Assembly: GCA_963666215.2 (NCBI GenBank) | Contig: CAXWPL010000005.1 | Coordinates: 480,001 to 544,000 of the forward strand | From: Acidobacteriota bacterium | GTDB lineage: Bacteria; Acidobacteriota; UBA890; WLXD01 | DNA: 64,000 bases | Direction: 5' to 3' | Shown: positions 52,616 through 62,622 of the stretch, one piece after another | Layout of the letters: every line of letters begins with the position of its first letter | Position numbering within the stretch: position 1 is the stretch's first letter | Translations under genes and position numbers: made by a program | The notes under the pieces: generated by a model | Seen by the model: only the letters and a program-made list of their open reading frames with translations | Database searches by the model: none | What the model was told of the DNA's origin: nothing

Positions 52616-52961
52616 CGGCAGCATCGGCTTGCGTGAAGATCTCGCTTGCTAGCGAAGACGGCTCACGGAGCGACCCCATCTGGTATTTCTCCTACGGATG
52701 GGACAAGAACCCCCGGCAGCGCGGTGTCCGTTGCACGATTACACTGAAATGCCCGGATGGCGGGCTCGACGCTGAGGTTTACGTCGTCCGGAAGCCGCGA
52801 AGGTCTAAGGTCTATAGAGCACCGTCCTAGAGATATCTCCGCCATGTCATCGAGGGCTTGCGTTCGCCCGGTTATTCCGAGTCGGTGATCGACGAGGTGC
52901 GAGCGGTTGAGGCAAGCGAGCCCGTTGGCTAGCTTCGCGCGCCATCCAGAGGATCATCGCA

Positions 52962-53963
52962 GTGGATGTACGAGACGGCTTCGCCGCTACGGTGGGAAAC
53001 ACGCCACTCATCAAGCTCCGCATGGCGTCGGAGTTGACGGGCTGCGAGATCTACGGCAAGGCCGAGTTCCTGAATCCGGGAGGCTCGGTGAAGGACCGTG
53101 CGGCCCTCTACATGGTGCTGGACGCCGAGGAGGAAGGAAGGCTCGAGCCTGGCGGCGTCATCGTCGAGGGCACGGCGGGCAACACCGGGATCGGCCTGGC
53201 GCTGGTCGGAAACGCGCGCGGCTACCGGACCGTGATCACGATGCCCGAGACCCAGAGCCAGGAAAAGAAGGACATGCTGCTGCTGTGCGGCGTCGAGCTG
53301 CGCTGCGTGCCCGCGGTCCCGTTCAAGAATCCCGATCACTACGTCCACCAAGCGGAGCGACTCGCCAAGAACCTCGCCGGCGCCGAGCCGCACGGCGTCC
53401 TGTATGCCAACCAGTGGGACAACCTGTCGAACCGCAACGGGCACGCCCGCACCACGGGCCCCGAGATCTGGAGGCAGACCGACGGCAAGGTCGACGGCTT
53501 CACCTGCGCGATCGGCACCGGCGGGACTCTCGCAGGTGTCGGGATCTTCCTCAAGGAGCAGAATCCCGACATCAAGATCGTCGCCGCCGACCCGATGGGT
53601 GCGAGCATGTACCACTGGATCAAGCACGGAGAGCTCAAGAGCGAGGGATCCTCGATCACGGAGGGAATCGGGCAGGGGCGCGTCACCGGCAACATCGAAG
53701 GCGCTCCCATCGACGACGCCGTCCAGATCCCGGACGAGGAGATGCTGCCGATCGTCTTCGACCTGCTGAAGCACGAGGGCCTCTGCCTGGGTGGCTCGAG
53801 CGGCATCAACGTGGCCGGCGCCATCCGGCTCGCGAAGCAGCTGGGCCCCGGCCACACGATCGTGACCGTGCTGTGCGACTACGGGACCCGCTACCAGTCG
53901 AAGCTCTTCAACCCCACGTTCCTGAAGGAAAAGGGCCTGCCGGTTCCGAGCTGGCTCGATTGA
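52962..53963 (+). CDS. cysK: Cysteine synthase A-like (O-acetylserine sulfhydrylase family)
   Basis: VGNTPLI, KAEFLNPGGSVKDRAA, GTAGNTG, NQWDN, GTGGT, EGIG, SSGIN. Confidence 0.9.
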   Translation: MDVRDGFAATVGNTPLIKLRMASELTGCEIYGKAEFLNPGGSVKDRAALYMVLDAEEEGRLEPGGVIVEGTAGNTGIGLALVGNARGYRTVITMPETQSQEKKDMLLLCGVELRCVPAVPFKNPDHYVHQAERLAKNLAGAEPHGVLYANQWDNLSNRNGHARTTGPEIWRQTDGKVDGFTCAIGTGGTLAGVGIFLKEQNPDIKIVAADPMGASMYHWIKHGELKSEGSSITEGIGQGRVTGNIEGAPIDDAVQIPDEEMLPIVFDLLKHEGLCLGGSSGINVAGAIRLAKQLGPGHTIVTVLCDYGTRYQSKLFNPTFLKEKGLPVPSWLD

Positions 53964-54268
53964 CGCATTGGAACGTCGGCTGACCTTTGGTCACACAGCA
54001 GCCGCCGAGCATCGCAAGCATGCCGCCCGCAGGAGTCCATGTAATGAGTGGCGAAAGAAACTCGTTGGCTCGCGCACAAGTGCACAGACGGCCAACATGT
54101 ACAGCCCCGTGCTCGGCGAGGACTAGCGTCGCATCACCAACGAAGGCGACAGCGAGAGGGCCGCTGACGCCGATGGCAGCGCAAGCGACGCAAGCAGACG
54201 AATAACCAGCAAAACGAAAGCTGCCGACCTCGTAGGCGTAAAGCCTTCAAGATCAGCGGCTTACGGAG

Positions 54269-54314
54269 TGGCGGGGGCCAGATTCGAACTGGCGACCTTC
54301 GGGTTATGAGCCCG
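54269..54314 (-). tRNA. 3' half of an initiator tRNA-Met (CAT); fragment, not a functional gene
   Basis: CGGGCTCATAACCCGAAGGTCGCCAGTTCGAATCTGGCCCCCGCCA has the GGG/CCC anticodon stem, T-arm and 3' acceptor strand; the 5' strand and D-arm are absent. Confidence 0.85.
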
Positions 54315-54890
54315 TGATCGAGAGATCCCGTCCATACCCATTGCCCGCACCAGCTTATCGACCTTTCGGGTCGACACACCCAGTACGTACGCCTCAGCTA
54401 CGGCTGAGACCACCGCGTGCTCGGCACGGCGTCGCGGCTCGATCAGGAAGTCCGGGAAGTACGCCCCTTCCCGCACCTTCGGGATCGCCAGTTGGATGGT
54501 CCCGGCCCGCGTGTCCCAGGGCCGCGTGCGGTAACCGTTGCCGGCTGTTGGTGCGCTCGGTCGTCCGGGTCCCGTACGCGGCACCGCAGTGAGCATCGAC
54601 GTCCTCGCTCATCAGCACCTGGGCGAACGCCTCCACCATTTCACGTAGTTGATCGCCGTCATGTTCGGCGAGTCCCTTGCCAACCCACTGTGCGGCGGGC
54701 ATCTTGGTATCGGTCACTGGTTGTTCTCCTTGGTAGGAAGTTCTTCTGTGCAAACCAAGGATCGATCAGTGACCACCTTTTCTTCAAGGGTGCCGCTCGC
54801 CGTGGAAACTGTGCAAAACGCTCCGCGTTTCACACAAGTTCCCACCGCCCTGCTGCTACTGCTTCATACACCACGTCCCCGGGACTCTAC
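54315..54890 (-). mobile_element. Truncated IS256-family element (left end plus 5' third of transposase)
   Basis: NGYR.R.WDTRAGTI.LAIPK.R.G.YFP, EAYVLGVSTRKV, GISRS; end sequence GTAGAGTCCCGGGGACGTGGTGTA; frameshift near 54545. Confidence 0.82.
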
Positions 54891-54903
54891 TGCGCTCCTC
54901 CTA

Positions 54904-56420
54904 TCAAGTTCCGCAGAAGGTCCGATAACGTCCGAAGCTGGCTGGCGCCGGCGCTGCGTAGGCTTCCAGCCCCTCCTTCTCGTCGAAGGGATTCTCGAGA
55001 ACCTCGAGTAGATTCTCGAAGGGCAAGAGGTCCTGAGATTCGGCTGCGGCGGTCAAGGCCTCCTCGACCTTGTGGTTGCGCGGGATGTAGATCGGGTTCA
55101 CCCGGTCCATTTCGGCATGGGTTTCCGCACGAGCTTGGGCACGAGCTTCGCCGCTCACGCTCTCACTGCACATCCTCGTCCGCCAACGAGCCGCCCAAAG
55201 ATCGTAGGCGGAAGCATCGTCTAGAAGTGCCCGTAGCGGGGCATCGTTGCCTCGGACCGCGTCTGACAGACGCCGGAAGGCAAGCGTGTAGTCGGCGTTT
55301 TTGGCCTTCCAGCGCGGCAAGGAAACCGTTCGCCAGCTCGAGATCGTCATCCTCCGAACCCGAGAGTCCCAGCTTGGTCCGCATTCCGTCGAGCCAGTAC
55401 GCGGCATATTGATCGAGGAAGCCGTTGACGGCCTCGCTGGCGAGCTCGAGTGCCCGATCGGTGTCGGCATCGATCAGTGGGAGGAGCGTCTCGGCGAGCC
55501 TGGCGAGGTTCCAGCCCGCGATCAATGGCTGCTGGCTGTAGGCATAGCGGCCTTGCGCGTCCGATCGAACTGAAGACCGCGTTCGGATCGTACGTATCGA
55601 CGAACGCGCACGGCCCGTAGTCGATCGTCTCTCCCGAGATCGTCATGTTGTCGGTGTTCATGACGCCGTGGACGAAGCCAACGTGCATCCAGCGCGCGAT
55701 CAGTTGAGCCTGGGCGTCGCACACTGCCACCAGGAATCCGAGGTACAGGCTATCGGATCCATCGGGTCTATCGGATCCGCGAAGCTCTGGATAGTGGCGC
55801 GCGATGCTGTAGTCGGCGAGCTGCCGTACCTTTCCGACCTCGCCGCGCGCGGCGAAGAACTGGAAGGTACCGATTCGGATGTGGCTGGCCGCGACGCGCG
55901 TCAGCACAGCTCCCGGGAGCTCCTTTTCTCGAGCGATCCGCTCCCCGGTCGTCACGGCGGCGAGCGCTCGGGTGGTAGGGATCCGTAGGGCGTGCATCGC
56001 TTCACTGACCAGGTACTCTCGCAACACCGGACCGATTGTGGCCTTGCCATCTCCTCCACGCGAGAATGCGGTGCGACCTGAGCCCTTGAGCTGGATATCG
56101 CGACGCCTGCCGCTACGGTCAACCACTTCGCCCAGAAGCAGCGCGCGACCATCGCCGAGCCGCGGCACAAAACCGCCAAATTGGTGCCCGGCATATGCCT
56201 GGGCCAACGGGCTGGCGCTTTCGGGCGTTTCGTTGCCCGCGAAGACCGCGGCACCATGGTCGGAAGTGAGCACGTCCGGATCGAGGCCGAGCTCTAGAGC
56301 AAGAGGGCGGTTCAGCTTCATGAGGCGCGGATGCGGCACCTCGGCCGCCTCCGAAGGCACATAGAAACCGGGAAGCTCACGCGCGTACGTGTTGTCGAAG
56401 TCGAACCCGGCGGTCGGCAT
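54904..56420 (-). pseudogene. selO: SelO/YdiU protein adenylyltransferase with two frameshifts (about 55563 and 55300)
   Basis: [52 protein letters not shown]-terminal TFCGT, spread over three frames. Confidence 0.9.
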
Positions 56421-56699
56421 CTGACGCTCCTCGATTTCGGCACTGCGAACGGCATGGTGAAGTCGGCCACGAGCGGGCGTATCTCGAATCTCGAGATCCG
56501 GGTAGATCGCCCTGAGTTGTTCGGCGGTCAGCGGTCCCTAGCTGTCCACCGCGGCTCGCTTGAGGACTGCATTGCGGGGAGGGCGACGACAATACCGCCG
56601 ATGTAGCTCGGGCGGACGCACCCTCTCCGTAGCGATGCCCTGCGCAACAAAGAACCGCCGTGGGCGAAGGTCGGTTGTTGACCTGATCAGCTCGGCTCC

Positions 56700-56737
<38 letters not shown>

Positions 56738-56821
56738 ACCAAGAGCGCAAACACTACGACGGCGCCTAGTGCCGGTCAAGAGGCACCGAACGCCGTCGAG
56801 GTGCTGTATCGCGATGTTGTG

Positions 56822-57010
56822 TTACATCGAGATGAAGTCGTGACCACGGACAGTCTTGCGGCCATTGGACTTGGCGCGCTTGCTGGCCTGCTCGAGGTAC
56901 CAGTGGACGACCATGTTGAGTGCGTCGAGCGCGTCGCCGGCCACGTTACAGCCGTGTGCCTTGAGAGCGCTCTTGGTCTTGCTGCCCACGAGAAGCATCT
57001 CACCGTTCAT
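56822..57010 (-). CDS. Bacterial histone (single histone fold, Bd0055/HBb-like)
   Basis: 62 aa: LLVGSKTK..LK....NVAGDALDAL...V...LEQA.KRAKSNGRKTVRGHDF, containing the histone RKTVxxxD signature; GGGGGA RBS. Confidence 0.85.
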   Translation of the reverse strand: MNGEMLLVGSKTKSALKAHGCNVAGDALDALNMVVHWYLEQASKRAKSNGRKTVRGHDFISM

Positions 57011-57177
57011 GCTCTATCCCCCGTTGCGAGTGGTCGACCCGCGATCGTCGAGATCGTTCGCCAACGGCCACCCGTCGGCTCGAGTCGCCGACCACCCCAT
57101 GATGAAACCCCACAACCTGAGGCGTATTCTGCCAGAAAATACGCTGTAGGCTAGCCCTCCGGGCGTTTTCCGACGTT

Positions 57178-59883
57178 TTAGCTTCCGCCGCTCTCGCCGG
57201 CCGCCGCCGCTCCCAGCTCCTCGAGACGTCGCCGGGCGTCGGTAAATCGCTGCCGCAGGCGGGGGATTTCGGCCTCGCCGTAGGCCTGCAGCAGCCGGCG
57301 CTCAGCCACGTCGAGCGCCGCGCGCAGCTCGGTCGCAGCGCGCTGCCGCGCGCCCGGCTCGGTGCTGGCGCGCTCGCCGATCCAGATTGGCGCGGTGTGC
57401 GCGAACGGGTAGCTGTCCATCGCCGGCCACATCACCTCGCCACCGTGAGCCCTGACCGCAATCCAGCCTCCTGCTGGAAGTTCCAGATCGCCGGTGATGA
57501 TCCGACTCCCAGACGCTGCCAAGCCCGACTCGGTGTGCACAACCGCGCCGTTGACGACGATCTCCACGCGCTCGACGGGCAGAGCGCTGAACAGCCGCAG
57601 CTCGTAGCGAGCTCGTTGGAAAGAGCCGGGCCGCGGGCCAACTCGGGAGGCGGAAGCCGAGGCCGAAGTCGAAGCCGCCGGGGAGCCTGCCGCGAGAACG
57701 TCACCGGGCTGGACTCCCTCGCCTGCTGAAGAGCCCGCGGCGAACAGGCGCAGGTCGAGCAGCGGTCCGTTGGTCACGAAGCTGCGACCGGCGCGTAGCG
57801 CGTCGAGGTAGCTCTCGAAGCTGAGCTCACCGTCGGGGCGTGTGTAGACGCGCGTCGTCCCGATGGCCATCGTGCGATAGAAGTTCGCCATGATGTCGGT
57901 GCCGGCGCTCAGCGCCACGGGCATGCCGATATTCAAGAAGCGATACCACAGCTCGGCCGTACCGAGCTCGTCGCTCCACAGGCAAGCAACTTCGAGCGCG
58001 TCGAGGTCACCGAGAACGGCGTCGGGAATGATGCCGACGGGAATCGACGCCAGACGCGCCGCGCCGGCAGGGGTGCCGAGATCAGCCGCCTCGGGGAACG
58101 GGTCGGGGCGGCTCACCGGGTGCACGTACATGCCGACGCCGCCCTCATCACGTCCGTGCTGCAGCGCCACGGCGTTAGGGCGGTCGTCATCGCCGTACAC
58201 CGAATAGCCGGGGCCCCAGATCCACGGCCAGAACAGCGTCTTGGTGCCCACAAGGCCGAGGTGACCGAGGAAGTGAGAGCGGATCTCCTGGGCGAAGCGA
58301 AGAATCGGAGCGCGGTCACCGTTCTCCCAGCCCCACCATTCGACATCCTCGAAGCGGTTGTGCAGGTTGGCCAGCAGCGGCGTCGCAACATCTATCGACT
58401 CGGCACGTAGCGGCAGCAGCAGGTCGTTCGGCCGTAGCGAGTATGGACCGCCGTAATTGAGGTGGAAGTGGTGGTCGCCGGAGTACCAGCCCTCGGTGCG
58501 CGGATCCCAAACCTCCTCGAGCTCGATATCGACAACCGTGGTCTGGTCGGCAACAACGTCGATCGGGCGCTCCACGGCTGGCGTCGTCAAGCCACGCACC
58601 GCGAGCACGCGCGCCTGCCCGGCGGGAAGTGTCATTTCAATCGAGCCGTCGGAGTAGAAGTACGCTAGGCCGTTCTGCCCGTCGAAACGGATCGGCGTGC
58701 GGTCGGGGACCACGGGATGGCCCTGGGCGTCGGCGACGTGCAAGCGTGACGCGCTGTATCCGGGCTGTCCCCGCAGCCGGGTGCGAACACGAAGGCGACC
58801 GGTGGGCACACCCCAGTCCCAGCGGTCGATCGAGATCGTCGTGGCCTCACCGCCTTCAATGCCGATCCGCTTGAGCTCGAAGCGCTGCTGCGCGTCGGGC
58901 TCCACGAACAGCACGGCGTCGCCGGAGGCGCTCCAGGTTGGCGTTTGGGGTAGCCCAACAGCGGCGCCGGGAGCGTTCGGCAGCAGCCGAATCATTGTCT
59001 GCGGCTCGTTGGTGTCGAGCAGCGAGAGCTCCCAGCCACGCTCCCCCGGGTGTCCGAGGGCAACGAGGCCGCCCGAACTGAGCGCCGGGCGCGTTTGCGC
59101 GGCGATCCGCTCACTCCACAGCACAGTCTCTGAACCCTCGGCGTCGCGGGCGCGCAGCTCATCGATGCCACCGCGGGTCTTGGCCAGGTAAACAACGCCG
59201 CCATTCGGGCCGGGGCGGGGCGCCAGCTCGAGCCCGGGGTCGCTGGTGATCCGCAGCTGTTCCTCGCCGGGACGCTGGCGCCACAGATCGATCGTCCCGG
59301 CCTCCGCCGACGAGTACCACAGCGTGCCGTCGGGCGCGAAGGCCGGATCGAGGTCGAGAGCCTTCGTATCAACGAGAACGTCCTCGCTGCCACTCGCCAG
59401 ATCGAGCGCGACGATGGACGTATCGGACGTGTCGTCGCGAACAAACACCAAGCGGTCGCCAGACGGCGACCAGGCCACCCGCGCGTCCACTCCCCCGGCG
59501 CTCGTAACCCGACGTGCAACGCGTGGTGAAACATCCTCCGCCAGCGGCATCACCCAAATCCAGCCGGCCGAGGCGAACGCCACGCTCTGCCCATCGGGCG
59601 ATACCGCGGGGTCGATGGGGCCCTGCGTCAGCGTGGGTAGGTTGTAGCCCTCGAGATAAACATGGTGGTTGTAGCCTTCGACCTTCGGATAGCGGTTCGT
59701 CCACTGCGCCGCTGCTGGCCGCGTGCCCGCCGCCGATATCAAGCCCGCCAGCGCGAGGATGGCCGCAACACCGATGCGCGCCCCGCGCTTCGTGGCGCTC
59801 GAGCAACCAGGATCGGGGTTGGGGCTGGGTGTGACGCTCGTTCGCCAGAACCTCATGTCGGACCTCATCATGTCGGACCTCAT
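57178..59883 (-). CDS. CehA/McbA-family (PHP-like) metallohydrolase with N-terminal TolB-like beta-propeller
   Basis: PAVSPDG/WSPSG repeats; WYSGDHHFH, GHLG, YVHP, AGTD, GRSFVTNGP, AHTAPIW. Start uncertain. Confidence 0.82.
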   Translation of the reverse strand: MRSDMMRSDMRFWRTSVTPSPNPDPGCSSATKRGARIGVAAILALAGLISAAGTRPAAAQWTNRYPKVEGYNHHVYLEGYNLPTLTQGPIDPAVSPDGQSVAFASAGWIWVMPLAEDVSPRVARRVTSAGGVDARVAWSPSGDRLVFVRDDTSDTSIVALDLASGSEDVLVDTKALDLDPAFAPDGTLWYSSAEAGTIDLWRQRPGEEQLRITSDPGLELAPRPGPNGGVVYLAKTRGGIDELRARDAEGSETVLWSERIAAQTRPALSSGGLVALGHPGERGWELSLLDTNEPQTMIRLLPNAPGAAVGLPQTPTWSASGDAVLFVEPDAQQRFELKRIGIEGGEATTISIDRWDWGVPTGRLRVRTRLRGQPGYSASRLHVADAQGHPVVPDRTPIRFDGQNGLAYFYSDGSIEMTLPAGQARVLAVRGLTTPAVERPIDVVADQTTVVDIELEEVWDPRTEGWYSGDHHFHLNYGGPYSLRPNDLLLPLRAESIDVATPLLANLHNRFEDVEWWGWENGDRAPILRFAQEIRSHFLGHLGLVGTKTLFWPWIWGPGYSVYGDDDRPNAVALQHGRDEGGVGMYVHPVSRPDPFPEAADLGTPAGAARLASIPVGIIPDAVLGDLDALEVACLWSDELGTAELWYRFLNIGMPVALSAGTDIMANFYRTMAIGTTRVYTRPDGELSFESYLDALRAGRSFVTNGPLLDLRLFAAGSSAGEGVQPGDVLAAGSPAASTSASASASRVGPRPGSFQRARYELRLFSALPVERVEIVVNGAVVHTESGLAASGSRIITGDLELPAGGWIAVRAHGGEVMWPAMDSYPFAHTAPIWIGERASTEPGARQRAATELRAALDVAERRLLQAYGEAEIPRLRQRFTDARRRLEELGAAAAGESGGS

Positions 59884-60107
59884 CGAGTTTTCGACACCTG
59901 CGCTCGGCTCCACGATCGAAGCCAGGGGGACAGCGCCGCTCCCGAAGTAACCGGCGCTCTACGGCATACTACGGGTGGCGTCGCCGGATTGCGGCATCGG
60001 CCTCTCGGAGATCCTTCGGGAGAATCGACGGGAATCACTGGCCAATCGGCCGTCTCACTCCTCGACGCTCCGGCAGCCTCAGAGCACCCGCACCAGGAGC
60101 TGAAACC

Positions 60108-60893
60108 ATGGACGACGTACCCGTCAAGCCGAAGCGATCGCCAATGTTCTATGTAGGCATCGGCTGCGCGGTCATCGCCGCGATCATGGTGGTGATGATG
60201 GGGGCCTGCGGGGTCTGGATCTTCAGCGAAGTCCGCCAGTTGGAGCAGGACATGAACGACCCCGAGGCGCGCGCCGACGCCGTGCTCGACATCCTCGGCA
60301 CCGACGAGCTGCCCGACGGCTACTACCCCATGGTCGGGATGTCGGTGCCGTTCGTCATGCGCACGGCCATATTAACGAGCCGCGAACCTGACGCCGACGG
60401 TGGCCCGCCCGAAACTTTCGGCGAGCGTGGCTTCATCTTCGCCGAGATGATCCGCTTCGGCCGCCGAGACGAAGCGCGGCTACGCGACTACTTCGAGGGC
60501 CGCATTGAAGACTCCGACGTGCTGAGCAGCAGCGGCATCAACATCGACGTCGACGAGGTGATCGGGCGCGGCACCTTCGACCTTGCCGCGGGCAGGGCGA
60601 TGTACGTCACCCAGCGCGGCAGCATCAGCGCCCAGGGCCACGATTCCGATGGACTCACGGCCCTGACCCTCGTCGACTGCCCCGACGACGACCGCTTGCG
60701 GCTGGCGATCTGGTTCGCCCAGGAGGAATCGGCAGCGTCCACCGCCGACGACGCCAGCGCCGCTGCTGCGGAGACTTCGGCGGCTCCTGAGTCGCCGGCC
60801 AACACACCCGCAGGCGACCTCGCCGGCACCCCGGCCGACGAGGCAGCGCTGGCCGCGTTTCTCGGCAACTTCCGCCTGTGCCCGGCTCCCTAG
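60108..60893 (+). CDS. Hypothetical membrane-anchored protein
   Basis: N-terminal IGC..hydrophobic..GAC helix; AGGAG RBS. Confidence 0.7.
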   Translation: MDDVPVKPKRSPMFYVGIGCAVIAAIMVVMMGACGVWIFSEVRQLEQDMNDPEARADAVLDILGTDELPDGYYPMVGMSVPFVMRTAILTSREPDADGGPPETFGERGFIFAEMIRFGRRDEARLRDYFEGRIEDSDVLSSSGINIDVDEVIGRGTFDLAAGRAMYVTQRGSISAQGHDSDGLTALTLVDCPDDDRLRLAIWFAQEESAASTADDASAAAAETSAAPESPANTPAGDLAGTPADEAALAAFLGNFRLCPAP

Positions 60894-61478
60894 CTCGGCC
60901 CAACCGCGCCCACGCAGCGTGGCGCCGGGATCAGTCGCGCGTCAGCCCGCGGTACACCAATCGCATGAACCGCTCGTTGTCGATGACGGTCGAGCGCGGC
61001 CAGCCAGACCTTCGGCTGATCTGCCAGGCCGTCAGTCGCCGCCGACGTAGCTTGTCGATCTGCCTCACAACTCCAGCGCTTGTTGCGTGCGGACAGCACG
61101 TCGGCCGGCTTGATCGATCGAGCAGCCCGGCCTCACCTTCTCGCTCGTATCTATCCAGCCACTTGTAAACCGTTCGGCCGACACGCCGAGCGCCGCCGCC
61201 GTTTCCGTCACGGGCTCCGCCCGCTCCCGGCTCGGCGGACCATCTCTCGGCGTATATACGGCATCGTGCGGGCGTTACCATGCAGCTGCATCGGGCGCTC
61301 CTTCTGAGGTCGTGGAGTCTTTTGAACAACCCCATTGATCTCAGAAGTGAGTCGATGTGAACAACCTACTTAGAAAACACACCTAGCTCGGCCCAACCGC
61401 GCCCACGCAGCGTGGCGCCGGGATCAGTCGCGCGTCAACCGCGGTACACCAATCGCATGAACCGCTCGTTGTCGATGA
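60889..61478. repeat. About 98-bp direct duplication (60889-60986 and 61382-61478) flanking the IS481 fragment
   Basis: Both copies start CCTAGCTCGGCCCAACC and end GTTGTCGATGA; they differ by one small indel/substitution. Confidence 0.9.
60985..61381 (-). mobile_element. Partial IS481 copy (about 400 bp including the left end)
   Basis: Near-identical to 14705-15105 with several indels; ends ...AAAACACA next to CCTAGC. Confidence 0.9.
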
Positions 61479-62403
61479 AGCCGCCCTCCGGCCAGCCCCA
61501 ATCGGAGTGCAACTCGGCGAAGGGATCCGCTGCCACGACCTCGTCTTCCGACTTGCCGTCGTCGATCATCGACTGAACGCGCTCGCGCGCCGTAACCAGC
61601 ATGTCGTGGTACGCGCTGAGGCCGGCGCTATCGCTGAGGTCGCCGTGCCCGGGAATAATCTTCGTCGCCTCGTCCGTGTGAGCGAGGACGGTCGCGGCTG
61701 CCGCGATCATTCCGTTGATCGAGCCGCCACTGTCGACATCGATGAACGGATACAGCCCGGCGAAGTAATTGTCGCCCATGTGCACGACATTGGCCTCGGT
61801 GAACATCACAATCGAGTCGCCGTCGGTGTGCCCCGGCTCGGTGTGAAAGACGTGGATCTTGTCGCCGTTCCAGTAGAAGTTGACGGCGTCGGTGAAGGTC
61901 ACCACGGGCAGTGCGTCGGGCGGCGCCTGGTTGCTGTTGCCGACGATGTCGCGGAACTCCTCCGGATTCATCCGCGCGCGAACGTTCTCGTGCGCCACGA
62001 TCATGGCTCCGGCCTTGCCCAGGTTCTCGTTGCCGCCGGTGTGGTCACCGTGCCAGTGCGTGTTCACGACGAACTTCACCGGCTGGTCGGTAACCGCGGC
62101 GATGGCGGCGAGGATCTTCTCGGTGAGCGGCGCGAACTTGTCGTCGATGACGAAGGCACCGTCGTCGCCAACAGAAACGCCGACGTTGCCGCCGGGTCCC
62201 ACGAGCATGTAGATACCGTCGGTCACCTGTACGGTCGTGATCTCCTCTTCCTGGGAAGGCCGTGACACGGCTCCAGCGGCTACGGGAGCCAGTCCGGCAA
62301 CGGCGAAGATTCCGCAGACCGCGAGGGCGACGGTGAGTGGCACCGTTATGCGCGGCGGGGAGTCTGGGGTTCTGTTCGAGCAGCGGCGAGCAAGCGCGGG
62401 CAT
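61435..62403 (-). CDS. Exported MBL-fold metallo-hydrolase (cyclase-like)
   Basis: THWHGDHTGGN, GHTDGD, HMGD, IIPGHG. The duplicate copy suggests the true end is RGLTRD* (stop 61424-61426). Confidence 0.88.
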   Translation of the reverse strand: MPALARRCSNRTPDSPPRITVPLTVALAVCGIFAVAGLAPVAAGAVSRPSQEEEITTVQVTDGIYMLVGPGGNVGVSVGDDGAFVIDDKFAPLTEKILAAIAAVTDQPVKFVVNTHWHGDHTGGNENLGKAGAMIVAHENVRARMNPEEFRDIVGNSNQAPPDALPVVTFTDAVNFYWNGDKIHVFHTEPGHTDGDSIVMFTEANVVHMGDNYFAGLYPFIDVDSGGSINGMIAAAATVLAHTDEATKIIPGHGDLSDSAGLSAYHDMLVTARERVQSMIDDGKSEDEVVAADPFAELHSDWGWPEGGFIDNERFMRLVYRG

Positions 62404-62516
62404 GTGGGTCACTCCGTAGACAAGGCCAGGGCCCGGAAGGTTCTGATCGCCCGCAAGGATACACGGGGCGCTTCAGCCGGCGGCCGCCACCCGTTTAACC
62501 GCGGTGGAGGGAAGAG

Positions 62517-62582
62517 GAGCGACGAGAAGCGACGGCGAGCGACGGGAGCGACGGGAGCGAGGAGAGCGACGGGGAGCGATGG
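62517..62582 (+). repeat. Degenerate tandem repeat of a GAGCGACGG-like unit (about 7 copies)
   Basis: gagcgacga gaagcgacgg cgagcgacgg gagcgacgg gagcgagga gagcgacggg gagcgatgg. Confidence 0.75.
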
Positions 62583-62622
62583 AGGTCGATGGGCTCGCGT
62601 CGAGATGTCGCGCCAGCGTGCC

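Noticed and set aside
52633-52830. 65-aa ORF upstream of cysK
   Set aside because: No recognisable motif or RBS; lies in a decayed region.
54269-54345. Complete tRNA-Met gene
   Set aside because: No D-arm or 5' acceptor strand; the upstream sequence is transposase coding.
54904-56420. SelO as a second selenoprotein
   Set aside because: The C-terminus is TFCGT with Cys; the breaks are frameshifts, not a UGA at a Cys site.
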